38,585 nt of DNA from positions 141,106 through 179,690 of the forward strand of contig NIVC01002373.1 in the NCBI GenBank assembly GCA_002269645.1, given 5' to 3'. Under the pieces are notes generated by a model. That model was not told the origin of the DNA and ran no database searches. It saw only the letters and a list, made by a program, of their open reading frames with translations. Each line of letters begins with the position of its first letter. The stretch's first letter is position 1. The stretch is from Macrostomum lignano. Taxonomy: Eukaryota. Shown in pieces: positions 10,357 through 21,098 of this stretch. The translations under genes and the position numbers were made by a program.

Positions 10357-11160
10357 TCTAAATCTAAGCTTTCTCTGTCTTTCTGTCTGTCTGTCTGTGC
10401 GATAGATAATAGAAAAAACGGCTCAACCGATTTCCACCAAACTTGCACCATTCGATCAGAAAATTTTCCATGACGGTACATGGGTCGTGGCTAAGAAATT
10501 GCTCAATGCTAAAGGGATTAAATATTCGAAAAACGGTATTCTCCCTATCTAATTAGTGTATTTTTCTTGCAGTGAGAGCTCAATACGTCTATGGCCATAG
10601 ACTAAACTTCAATTCTTGAGCTGATGCTATGAGTTATAAATAGCTATACTAGCTTATTAAATTGTAAAATTTATGAATATCTTTGTCTTCAACTTGAATT
10701 GTTTGAATCCGGAACTGATTGTTTGAACTAAAGTCGGGTGTTACTAAAGTGCATAATCACTTGAACAGAAATGCCTCAACGACATTGTGCTAGGTTTAAG
10801 AGGGAATTGCTGAGATGTCAAGGCTTAATGGGGAATTGCTAAGATGTCAAGGCTTATAGCTAGGGGAATTGCTGGATGTCAAGGCTTACAGCTGGGGGAA
10901 TTGCCAAGATGTCAAGGCTTATAGGGAATTGCTGGGATGTCAAGGCTTATGGGGAATTTCTAAGATGTCAAGGCTTGTGGGATTGTTGAGATGTCAAGGC
11001 TTACTGGGAGCATTGCTAAGATGTTATTGTCAAGGCTTACCGCTGGTGAAATCGCTGAGATGCCAAGGCTTACTGGAAGCATCGCATGGGTCTATTCTTT
11101 AATATATTAGCAATATTTTCATTTTCCTTTTTGCACTCCCCGAACGGGCTGGATTGCTAG
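10357..11160 (+). mobile_element. Non-autonomous Helitron-like element with an internal minisatellite
   Basis: A|TC at 10356/10357, (CTGT)n, and aacggctcaaccgatttccaccaaactt (typical of short Helitron-derived elements). A small GC hairpin cccgaacggg at about 11139-11148 is followed by CTAG|T at 11157-11161. Confidence 0.6.
10801..11085. repeat. Degenerate tandem repeat of about 29 bp, 9 copies
   Basis: Core gggaattgctaagatgtcaaggctta; caaggctt recurs 9 times at 26-36-bp spacing. Confidence 0.9.
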
Positions 11161-11718
11161 TAATACATATTACTATTCATGCACTGAAAGAAACTTTTGT
11201 AGAGTGAGGCAGAGCACCCAGTGCCACTATAAATGGGGGAAAGATGCAAGTTCTCAATATGATGAAGCAATGGACTATCTATTCCTCATGTAAACATATT
11301 TGTAGATGCAGATCGACTCTATGGATGATTTGTGTCGAAGTTTGCTTACTGATAAGTAGAAAGTATAGAGTGTGGTATCATTCGCAGAACTGCGCGTTTT
11401 GCAAAGAGAAAAATAAGAACTTGAGCACAACACAGCACGGGGGAGTACAGCAGGGGGGGGGGGTCGATAAAATTTTTACCTCAAAGGCCAGGTAAAGAAT
11501 CTAGCTCATTGCTTCGAGCAAGATGAGAGTGGCAAGGAGAGGAAATGAAGGAGAGAAAAGAAGAAAGAGGAGCTAAGAGATAACAGAAGGGAGGCGAGAT
11601 GAGAGAAGCGAAGAGAGGAGAGAGAAGAGAACTGAGAAGATACACAAACCTTAAGCGGGCCGGATTGCTATTGTGAAGTTTCAAAGGACCCGAGGGCCGA
11701 ATAGAGAGGTTTTCGAAT

Positions 11719-11840
11719 CGCAGACGGCGCGTAGTCGGAGTTCGGTTATTGGACTATCCAGCTTGTCGAGTGGAATAGGAGGCTAAGCGGCTGATCCCCG
11801 AGCCGTACACGCAGAACGGGATAGGCCGGGAGCGTAACTG
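11719..11840. repeat. Dispersed repeat, copy 1 (related to 13359-13483)
   Basis: Hand alignment shows shared blocks cgcagacgg, agcttgtcgag, ataggagg, gatccccgag and ggccgggagcgtaactg in the same order and orientation. Confidence 0.85.
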
Positions 11841-11958
11841 ATCGACAGATCGACTATAGTTAGATAGATAGATAGGTTTTATACATCTATATATTTTCTA
11901 TATATTTTCTATATATATATATAGTTTCCCTTAATGTAAAGTTTCACCTACTTTTCAC

Positions 11959-12470
<512 letters not shown>

Positions 12471-12532
12471 GATAGACGAAATTAATTAAAACCACACACA
12501 GTGAGAGAAAGTACTCGTATAAATGTTGATTT

Positions 12533-12571
12533 GACCAAATTTTCGGCCAAGTCGTGGCCTTCGTCAGGGTC
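12533..12571 (-). ncRNA. Minimal type I hammerhead ribozyme motif (Penelope-like element type)
   Basis: The minus strand reads GACC-CUGACGA-A-GGCCA-CGACU-UGGCC-GAAA-AU-UU-GGUC. This gives a 4-bp stem I (GACC/GGUC), the CUGANGA and GAAA cores, a 5-bp stem II and a palindromic loop-less stem III (AAAUUU). Confidence 0.7.
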
Positions 12572-13358
12572 CGAAAAATAAATTTATTTCCGAGGAAAGG
12601 TGAAGTTATGTTTTTATAAAAAATGAGCAGTCAAAATCTCATCTCGGGCTTGCTCATCGGGCTTGGCCGTCAGATTCAGGTGTGCCCGATGCTCCTCGGG
12701 CTGCATGCGCCGCGCATACTATTGTTATGGCACCTGTCCTACTTTTCACCGGACAACCTCGTATTAATTTTCTTCGCCAGGCGGCCTTCGCCTCTCAAGC
12801 GCCTCGCTCCACTCGCCGCCTTACCGCCTCACGGCCTCGCCGCCTTATTGTAGCAGTGATGCAGATTGTCTGATGCAGAGTAAGATTCGTACACAACTAT
12901 GAACAACTAAGTTGCGGCTTTGAGCTTGCGAGCTGCGAGCTCTGCGAGCTCAAAAATGTGTCTATCATTTTTCAGTTGTTGTGTGAACAACTGTTCTTTT
13001 TTGGCAAATAATCGACTGGTGATGCACAGTTGATCTGTGCACAGATGCAGTTTGCCAAAACTGCCCAATAAGGAGCTTGCTAGCACAGAGCTTGCTGTGC
13101 GTTAGAGCATGCTTGTCGCACACTAGCATTAAAAACCTAAATAAAACCAGTCCTAATTTGGAGACAAATTGAGCTGCTATTGTCTCATAATATTATCAGC
13201 TTTAAAAAATTTTTATCCACTTTAAAAAGCAACAATTCACCAGTCGATTATTGTGTCTATCAACACACGGTAAGACATTCAGTGTGTTTATTGTTACAAG
13301 TCATCATTTCTCAGACTATCTAAGCTCCACATGATATTTACAAATCAAACTTTAAAAC

Positions 13359-13483
13359 CGCAGACGGGGGTGATCGGGGTTCGGGTACTAGACTTCCCTG
13401 AGCTTGTCGAGAGGGATAGGAGGGTGAGCGGCGATCCCCGAGACGTTACACAGGCAGAATTGGATGGGCCGGGAGCGTAACTG
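13359..13483. repeat. Dispersed repeat, copy 2 (related to 11719-11840)
   Basis: See copy 1; roughly three quarters identical by hand alignment. Confidence 0.85.
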
Positions 13484-15090
13484 TTAAGCCTGATGCATGG
13501 ATGATGAGGCTGCGAGCAGATTGTGTCTGTCCACTCGACAGCGACAGAATATAATCTGAATCCTCCAGAGAACTGGAGGAGTACATGCGGCACTTCTGGG
13601 GCTGGGGTGGGGCTTAGCCTCACAGGGCTGGGGAACGTTCCTAACACTGCTTTTTTCATAATTAAACACAAATCTAAGCACTATCTTACGCACTTTTAAA
13701 ACGCTAATTAGTTACTAGAAGAAAATAGATTCTTAAAAATCCTTGTGTAGAACAGAAACGCAAAATAGAGAAAAGAGAAGAAATTTTTTGTGGTGGTAGT
13801 GCGTCGTGGTGCCGCTTCCAGGTTGGCATTCCAGCTAACACCTTCACCTTGTCGGGTTACCATGCCACTCTGTGACGATAGCCCGTGTCATCACAGCTTT
13901 ACTGAATCAGAATAGAGCTGACCACCAATGCGACCAATTCAATGCAGGTTTTTTCCCTTAATGCAGAGCTTCAGGTCCCACTAGTTTACAAATGTTCAAG
14001 CCAAGGGATTTAGCGATCCGGCAGCTCCTCACGCTCCATGTTGGCCGCAGTTTCTCTGTCATCGCGTTACATTTTTCGAACACGAACGCGCATCCCAGGC
14101 CGCAAATTTTCAACTCCGCTGGAGGCCTTAACAAATGATTTCCGCATTGTTTCCTGAGACTGTTGGATACGAGTGTATTAGTTCTATATGTATAATTGCC
14201 AAAGAAGTAGGCAAAAAACGGGACGTCTTAGTTCTATAGCGCAGTCTGCCCCCTTCAGATCATACCAAAAATTTTTGGTGTACGAGCTACAATGATTTTG
14301 TGTTGTGGTTTCACATGTTAAACAAATTTTAAACAAATTAAACAATTTATTTTTATTGTGCCCCGCGAAAATACATTATAGATGCGTCTTTGAGCCTATC
14401 TACGAGCGTAAATTATAACTGCCAACACATTTTTCCTGTGCAAGTCTATTGCTACTGAAACTCGTCACATTAAGGAGCTCAAATACGAGCTTGGCGTCCA
14501 ATCGAACGAACACCGTCAAGCTTCTACATACCGGTCTTCATCAAGCCGGCCTGATCCGGCGGAAAAGAGAAAGCCAAAACCAAGTTCTGGGTACTCCAGG
14601 TATAGCTATGAAGTTTTTGTCGTTCATCTCATCTCTCATGCCGCTTATTCTTTTTCTAAAAGGCAATTTTGCTTCTTATTTATTGATATTTATTTACTAA
14701 TTGATTTCATTGTCTCAAAACTGAAGCGGGACTGCACTACTGGTATACAATAGTTAAACAAGATGATAAAGTTCGAATATAAGTTTTTGAAAGAATGAAG
14801 TCATGTACGCTCGTATTTATAAAACTTTACGTAGTTTCAGAATGACATCCGCTAAATCTTACGATTTTTTGCATCAGAGTTCCATTTTGCTAGTTTTTTA
14901 TGTGTTAGAAAATTAATGAGCCTTCACTAGTGAGCACATTAATAATGAAAAAAAAGTTTACGAGTCAATTTGACTCCTCAAGCTCAAAGCAAATACTTAA
15001 CTCATAGGATAAATTTCTGAAAAGATGAATCGGTAAAGGAAAAAATAAGGCCTAACTATAATTGCCAACTGCTTTTTTAAATGCAGGTCA

Positions 15091-16050
15091 ATGGGTAACT
15101 CAGGCAACTCTAAACTCCGACGTAAACGACAATCGTTTTCATCAAGTCAGCCTAAAATTTCTTCAGAGCAATCATTAGATTTGGTTGAAGAGAGAGTGCC
15201 AAGACCAAGACCAAGACCAAGACCGAAAATTCATCGATCCAGGTATAACAAGTACATTTCTACTTCTTTCTATCAAGAAGCAACAACCGATCAACAATCA
15301 ACAACGGATCAACAAGCAACAACCGATCAACAAGCAACAACCGATCAACAAGCAACAACCGATCGACAAGCAACAACCGATCAACAAGCAACAACCGATC
15401 AACAAGCAACATCCGATCAACAAGGAACATCCGATCAAGAACCAGATGAATCACTCCAGTCGGCTACGACAGCCAAAAATCGATTCAACCCATTGTTCAA
15501 CACAGAAACAGTGCTCACAGACTTTAAGTACTCACTCTGCAGCATCCGCAACCTGCCAGCTAAACTGACCAGTCACGAAAGCGTCAGGCGCATCTTTGCT
15601 CCATATTTGCTGCCAGAGGCTGCACCAGGGGCCAGTAATTGGAAAAGTGAGGGAAAATCTGTGCTCCAAACTCTTACGAACAATGTAATCTTTAGTACAG
15701 ATGACTATCAACGACCTGAAGCGATGAAAAATGTCCAGAAGCTTCAGGAAGATCTCTCTGAGGACGAATATTGTGAAGAGCTGATGGAATTGGCAATCAG
15801 CATTGCCGACGGCGAGTGGATGCTGGCTGAAGAGACTCTAAGAAGTCTGAACAGAAGTTCCGCAGAAATTGTTCAGGGTTGCCTGCGAGACCTGCAAGAG
15901 AACGGAGATCAACCTCGAGACCACTGCCCGGTTGCGGAGGCCTGGTTCTGCTTCATGGTGGCCGTCTGGAGCCGCCTCAGGGCTGTCGGGACTGAGCCCG
16001 AGGACGAGGCTGAGAAGTTCGGGGCCTGCGTTAGCCAGACAGACAGTTAG
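15091..16050 (+). CDS. Uncharacterised 319-aa protein: basic N-terminus, (PR)n, about 9 TTDQQA repeats and a novel C-terminal helical domain
   Basis: Uninterrupted ORF with about 200 aa of non-repetitive sequence. The C-terminal ~100 aa aligns with the C-terminus of ORF 17136-19013. A 3'-splice-site-like ttttttaaatgcag lies 4 nt before the ATG, so upstream exons are possible. Confidence 0.75.
   Translation: MGNSGNSKLRRKRQSFSSSQPKISSEQSLDLVEERVPRPRPRPRPKIHRSRYNKYISTSFYQEATTDQQSTTDQQATTDQQATTDQQATTDRQATTDQQATTDQQATSDQQGTSDQEPDESLQSATTAKNRFNPLFNTETVLTDFKYSLCSIRNLPAKLTSHESVRRIFAPYLLPEAAPGASNWKSEGKSVLQTLTNNVIFSTDDYQRPEAMKNVQKLQEDLSEDEYCEELMELAISIADGEWMLAEETLRSLNRSSAEIVQGCLRDLQENGDQPRDHCPVAEAWFCFMVAVWSRLRAVGTEPEDEAEKFGACVSQTDS
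15284..15440 (+). repeat. Coding 18-bp tandem repeat (acaaccgatcaacaagca; TTDQQA, about 9 copies)
   Basis: Direct inspection within ORF 15091-16050. Confidence 0.9.
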
Positions 16051-17135
16051 GCCTTCTGGTTTGCTCTCAACCTTTAAGTTAACGATAAAGTGTTGCATAT
16101 CATCATTGTTCATCATTGATTGAATTTTTGTACATTAATGCTTGTAAATTAACCCACCTGTAGTGAGAAACTCTGGCTACGAGATAGTGTTAGTGCCTTA
16201 CGCTCGTAGTGCCTTAGTAGAAGGTGGCTATGCTTGTGCCTGTGTATTTATTGCCTGACAGAACAGACTTCCCGTTTATTGTGTGCGCATGGGTATGTGC
16301 TCCGAACTTCCTCACTGCATGCGCATGCTACACCACCCAGGGGGATGATGGCGAGGGCGGCCTTTGGGCGGAGAGTCGAGACATGAAAAAATGAGAGGGC
16401 ACCAAGCGCATCCTCGCTAAAATACAGAACCAATCCCTCTCTTTGGGTCCTTACCCTCCAGAATACACACCACCCTCAACAAATTTCTGAATGCGCCACT
16501 AAGAATGGGGGATTTTATATGTAAACATACGTGATCGTACAAGCGTTTTTTGCCTTTGATTTTTGAATCTAAGTCGGATATCCATATCCGTATATCATCT
16601 ACAATCGGTTTTCTTGTAGATACATGTACTTCTAAAGTAATTCCACGCTTTTAATCGGAATTTATAACGCGTCCGTTGAAATCGTCATTCCTTAAATTGC
16701 TGCTTATTTCCCTATACTTGTTGAGGCTGAGTAGGATAGATTTGACTCAAGAGAGTTCAAGGTGCAAACAAAATGTAGGGAGCTTAAAAGAAATTCGTAA
16801 ACTTTTAATTGATAGCATACCCAAGTCATATTCTATTAGGCGAGCAATCTTATCTTATAGAACCAGTAGTAACGAGCATGGTCTAGAATAATGGCTATAA
16901 CAAGGGCTGGTTACCTTCATTATTAACAGACCTAAATGTAATTGGTGAACTTTGATAGCATGCGTATCGTATCCTATTAGAAAGGCAATTTTTTCTTATA
17001 TAGTAAGAAGCGTTATCTGGAAGAATGGCAATAGAAAGGCTGTTTATCTTATTAATTACAGACTTTAACATAATCTGCATGGTTTTTCTACTCATAAAAT
17101 TTCTGAACCGGCTCAGCAACCAGACAGGTGTTTAA

Positions 17136-19013
17136 ATGAACACAGTGTTGCACATCGTCATCCGTACAAAGCACAGCGAAGACTTTAATCAAATAATTTT
17201 TTGCTACAAATGGGGGCCTGACGGAGAGACCAAGCAGTGCGAACTGATGAAGAAAGAGCTGCGCGGAAGCAGACCAGCTGAGCAAGTATGGTACCTCCGA
17301 GTTGATGCTGACACCGATGAAAACTTCAAAAACCTTGCAGTGACGGACAATGGCGAGCTGAAAAAAGCAGACACAGAGGACATACTGACAATGAGTCTGA
17401 GGAAAACCATCGAAGAGAGCTCAGACTATCCAGTACAGTTCAACGAAGAGCTCCGCTTTGTGCCTCATTTTGTTGCAGATAAGAAGGCGGAGTTTGTCAT
17501 TTTCTCAGATATTTCAAAGAATGACTTCCGAGTCATACCAATGATACCACTCTGCCTTATATTTGAAATTCAAACTCCAAAGTCGGTATCCAGCAAGTTT
17601 TATATCGAAGCTAATTATTCCGAACTGAATGGCAGCAGTTCTTTAGAAAGCAGGACATTCAAAAAGTCTCGTCTGCTCTGTACAGATTGCAAGGCATGCG
17701 AAAATGCTAAGCAAGATCACGGAGACACTCAGGTCTGGACACTGACTATTGAAAAGTTGCAAATGGTCAATTATAATGGCTTCATGAGACTGCCTACTGG
17801 AGAGCCACTGAGTGTTAAAGTTATGAAAGAGGATGCGGAAGCTTTCTCAGGCTCATACGACATCAATCTGTCTGTTGATGGCGGAGTCAACCCAACGCAA
17901 ACGTACTTGATAAAGCTGGACCGTCAAGCTGAACCCCAAGTGTTTAGAATCGCTCATTGTGAGTTGCACTTCAAATGCGAAATAAAAAACGTTGACAGCT
18001 TTGACTTGCGAGGAAACTGTCACGAACTGGGCCCTTGGAAGGAGCAGTTTAAATGTAAGAAAAATGAAAGTCTAAGGATTTTTGTGGCTGCAGTAGTTGT
18101 GGAAATGACCAAAGGATCAAAGTTTTTGAAAACGTTCGATCTGAGAGACTTTCAATTTGAAGCGCTGCTTCACTTCGCACCACCAGGAGAGACGTCTTGG
18201 CCGAAAACTTATACAATATCTCACTTTGAGGTACCGCTGCAGACATTCTCTGTATTTACAGTTGAAATTAAACAATCACGGCTTCAAACCAGGCTCTCAA
18301 TCGAACCAGTAGTCACTGAAGTCACTCACCGGTTGCACAAAATTGCAGGTAGTACGAGCACAAATAATTTAAGATTTCTTGTTCCTAAGTTACACAGACA
18401 TGGCAGAATCTACAGTGAGGACGATGATCCGCAAAGAACGCACGACATCTGGGGCGAAGACCCTCCAATGGAGACACGTGATGATATTGAGCCAGAAGCA
18501 AAGAGCGGGTTGACCTATCTGAAGCTGAGGCAGACCCGGCATCAACATGAGAGCCTCTGTGGAAGACGAATCGTTTTGAAGAGGCTGAGCAAACAGTATC
18601 ACCGCTATCAGGACGAAGCTGTTAGAAAGCTCTTGGACTGGAACGCCGATGAAGTAAGAAAAGCTGCGCTGAATAAAATCTGCAGAGGTGGCGCATCCGA
18701 TAGCGAATACAAAAACATTTTGCAGGCTCTAGCCACAGAAATTTTACAAAGTCGTTGCAGTGTCGCAGACCACTCGCTGCTGCTGTGGCTGGCCGCTGCC
18801 ATTGTTCGCGGCAGAGCTGAGGCTCTGGTTCTGAGTCCCAGGGCTCAGGCATGGCAGCAAACTAATTGGGAACGGCACATGGTCGCTGCGGAGTGCTGGT
18901 TTCGAGTCGTCTTGGCGCTCTGGGAGACTCGACCCGATGAGAGAGCAGACTTTCGCGAGGCCATCAGGAGAGCCGGTGAAAGTCCCGCCTTTTACACTTG
19001 GCGCGAGAATTGA
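17136..19013 (+). CDS. Uncharacterised 625-aa protein: putative tandem CBM20/CBM48-like beta-sandwich modules plus a C-terminal helical domain shared with ORF 15091-16050
   Basis: A 1878-nt non-repetitive ORF in AT-rich surroundings. LRGNCHELGPW resembles the CBM20 G(S/N)xxELGxW signature, and the C-terminal domain is paralogous to that of the upstream ORF. Confidence 0.85.
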   Translation: MNTVLHIVIRTKHSEDFNQIIFCYKWGPDGETKQCELMKKELRGSRPAEQVWYLRVDADTDENFKNLAVTDNGELKKADTEDILTMSLRKTIEESSDYPVQFNEELRFVPHFVADKKAEFVIFSDISKNDFRVIPMIPLCLIFEIQTPKSVSSKFYIEANYSELNGSSSLESRTFKKSRLLCTDCKACENAKQDHGDTQVWTLTIEKLQMVNYNGFMRLPTGEPLSVKVMKEDAEAFSGSYDINLSVDGGVNPTQTYLIKLDRQAEPQVFRIAHCELHFKCEIKNVDSFDLRGNCHELGPWKEQFKCKKNESLRIFVAAVVVEMTKGSKFLKTFDLRDFQFEALLHFAPPGETSWPKTYTISHFEVPLQTFSVFTVEIKQSRLQTRLSIEPVVTEVTHRLHKIAGSTSTNNLRFLVPKLHRHGRIYSEDDDPQRTHDIWGEDPPMETRDDIEPEAKSGLTYLKLRQTRHQHESLCGRRIVLKRLSKQYHRYQDEAVRKLLDWNADEVRKAALNKICRGGASDSEYKNILQALATEILQSRCSVADHSLLLWLAAAIVRGRAEALVLSPRAQAWQQTNWERHMVAAECWFRVVLALWETRPDERADFREAIRRAGESPAFYTWREN

Positions 19014-20242
19014 ATTTAACTTTCGAATGATATTCAATTTGATTTACTGATTGCATGCAGTAGCCATATTGACTTTAGGTATTTTCACTTTCTCTCGCTA
19101 ACCTAAAATTTATATCGAGAAACCATAAACTGTAAAATTTAGTTCAATGTGAAAAATGTGTCAGCTCCGGATGTGTCTTACATTCATGTAAATGTAATCT
19201 GTCCGTTTGACATTGCCACGACCAAGGATCATTAGCAGTATTTCAGGACACTACGAGAATGGAGGTAGGAAAAATCATTTTTATCACAAAATCAATCAAG
19301 AAGGAACAAAACAGTCAATTTAGCAAATGCCACTTGTGAGTATTTACAACTTTGGCTTAAAATATAAAAAACAATATGAAAAACGAAAATTCCACTGCAC
19401 AACATCATAAAATACAGCAGAGTAACATTTTGTGCATACGAAATTAATATAATTAATCTTCACTAACCCAGATCAAATCAAATGCAATCATTGATGTTGT
19501 GATGAAAAAAGATTATTTCCAATTATCTCCGCAGTGTATTTTCTTAAGGAAATCGCCCTTCACGATCTTTGAGTGTAGCGCCCTGATATACTGCTAGTGG
19601 TCCTTGTGCACAAACTATCATATGTTTTACACTGCAGACTCTCAAAGTGTTTTTTTATTTTTTTCTGGCTGTTAGCAATACGGTAATTGGTTAGAGTTTG
19701 CTGTTTGAAACAATATCTATGTGACGAAAAGTTACCAATATTTCTGAACTATCCTTGCCTAATTCAAAACTGATCTATATTTGAGCATGACCTGCTGTAT
19801 GTGCCTATAGCCATGTTGGTGTCAGTAGTTAGAAATTCTGTTTATAAATTCTGATTACTTCAAATATACTACACATACTACTGACAGACACCATCTAGCC
19901 AGTAACATCCGAGTCAGTCACTGAAATTCGCTTAAGGGATTCTTTGGCCGCTGCCGCAATGTCAGGCGACAGTCAGCCCGGCAGCCAGCAGTCATGCCAG
20001 CTCTTGTGACCCCCTGAGCACACAGGCGCTCTCACAGGGTGTACATGCAATGAGCCTGTCAGTCACACAGCTACTCATCTTGCGTGTTGGGCTCCACTGT
20101 CACAGGTTAGAGAGTCACCTACTCATGCATTTCTCACTCCAAAATTCAGCCACCTCAATATATTAGTATGCAAATATTTGTGAGCAGCAAATTCCATCGA
20201 TCAGAAACTGATCAAAGATCAGAAATGCACCGCTCCATCATT

Positions 20243-20248
20243 TTTATT
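20243..20248 (-). promoter_or_regulatory. Candidate AATAAA polyadenylation signal for BTAF1
   Basis: First clear AATAAA I noticed on the minus strand downstream of the stop at 21099 (about 850 nt away); position only. Confidence 0.25.
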
Positions 20249-20689
20249 CAGGCAAACAAAAATAGCAGCTAGATTGGTTGCTGTGATCAGCTTAAACTGC
20301 TTGAAAATATTATTGATAAATTGTATTTTTTACCTTAGCAGCAGGACAATGGCTAAACAGTATGAATGCGGCTGGCACAGCGTGGCACAATGTCACTACT
20401 GGCTGCTCAGCCGCATGCACGCATTGTAAAGTACATGGCAGATGAGCACTTCTTAATTAGTATGAGGGAAGTTGAGCTTGAATCAACATTTTTACAGCGA
20501 AGTTCAGCACAGACCGTAACAACATGCGGCATCTTCAATGAACCCTAGCAGCAGGACTGTTCACATTGGATACGACACTGTTGAATGCACCGAGACAGTC
20601 TGGGGAGAAGGAGGCAGAGACGAGGGAGTCTGTGGATGAGGGATTCTGGGAATGAAGGAATTCGAAAATGAATTCGCTGCAAATGAAAG

Positions 20690-21070
20690 AGACTGAATAT
20701 GGAGTCTGGAGACTGAGGACGGAGTCAAAGAAAGAAGTTTTTTAAGATAATGGAGTCTAGAGATGATTGAGATGAAGGAATCTTGTGATGAGGAGTCTGG
20801 AGATGAAGGAGCCTAGAGAGCTCTAGGAGCCTAGAGTCTGGACAGAAAGGAGTTTGGAGATGAGAGGTATAAAGATGAGGAGTCTGGGGATGTTCAAGGA
20901 GTCTGGATATGTTCAAGGAGTCTGGAGATGCAGGAGTCTGGACATGCAGGAGTCTGGAGATGCAGGAGTCTGGAGATGCAGGAGTCTGGAGATGCAGGAG
21001 TCTGGAGATGCAGGAGTCTGGAGATGCAGGAGTCTGGAGATGAAGGAGTCTGACAGATGCAGGAGTCTGG
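20690..21070. repeat. 16-bp minisatellite just downstream of the BTAF1 stop codon
   Basis: Unit tgcaggagtctggaga, degenerating toward lower coordinates. Confidence 0.9.
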
Positions 21071-21098
21071 CAGCTGAAGAGCTCAAAGCCGTGGAGCA

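Noticed and set aside
16676-17119. Small ORFs between the two orphan genes
   Set aside because: Short, AT-rich and on opposing strands, with no recognisable motifs; consistent with chance.
20366-20548. 60-aa plus-strand ORF
   Set aside because: Short, no homology recognised, and it lies in the presumptive BTAF1 3' flank.
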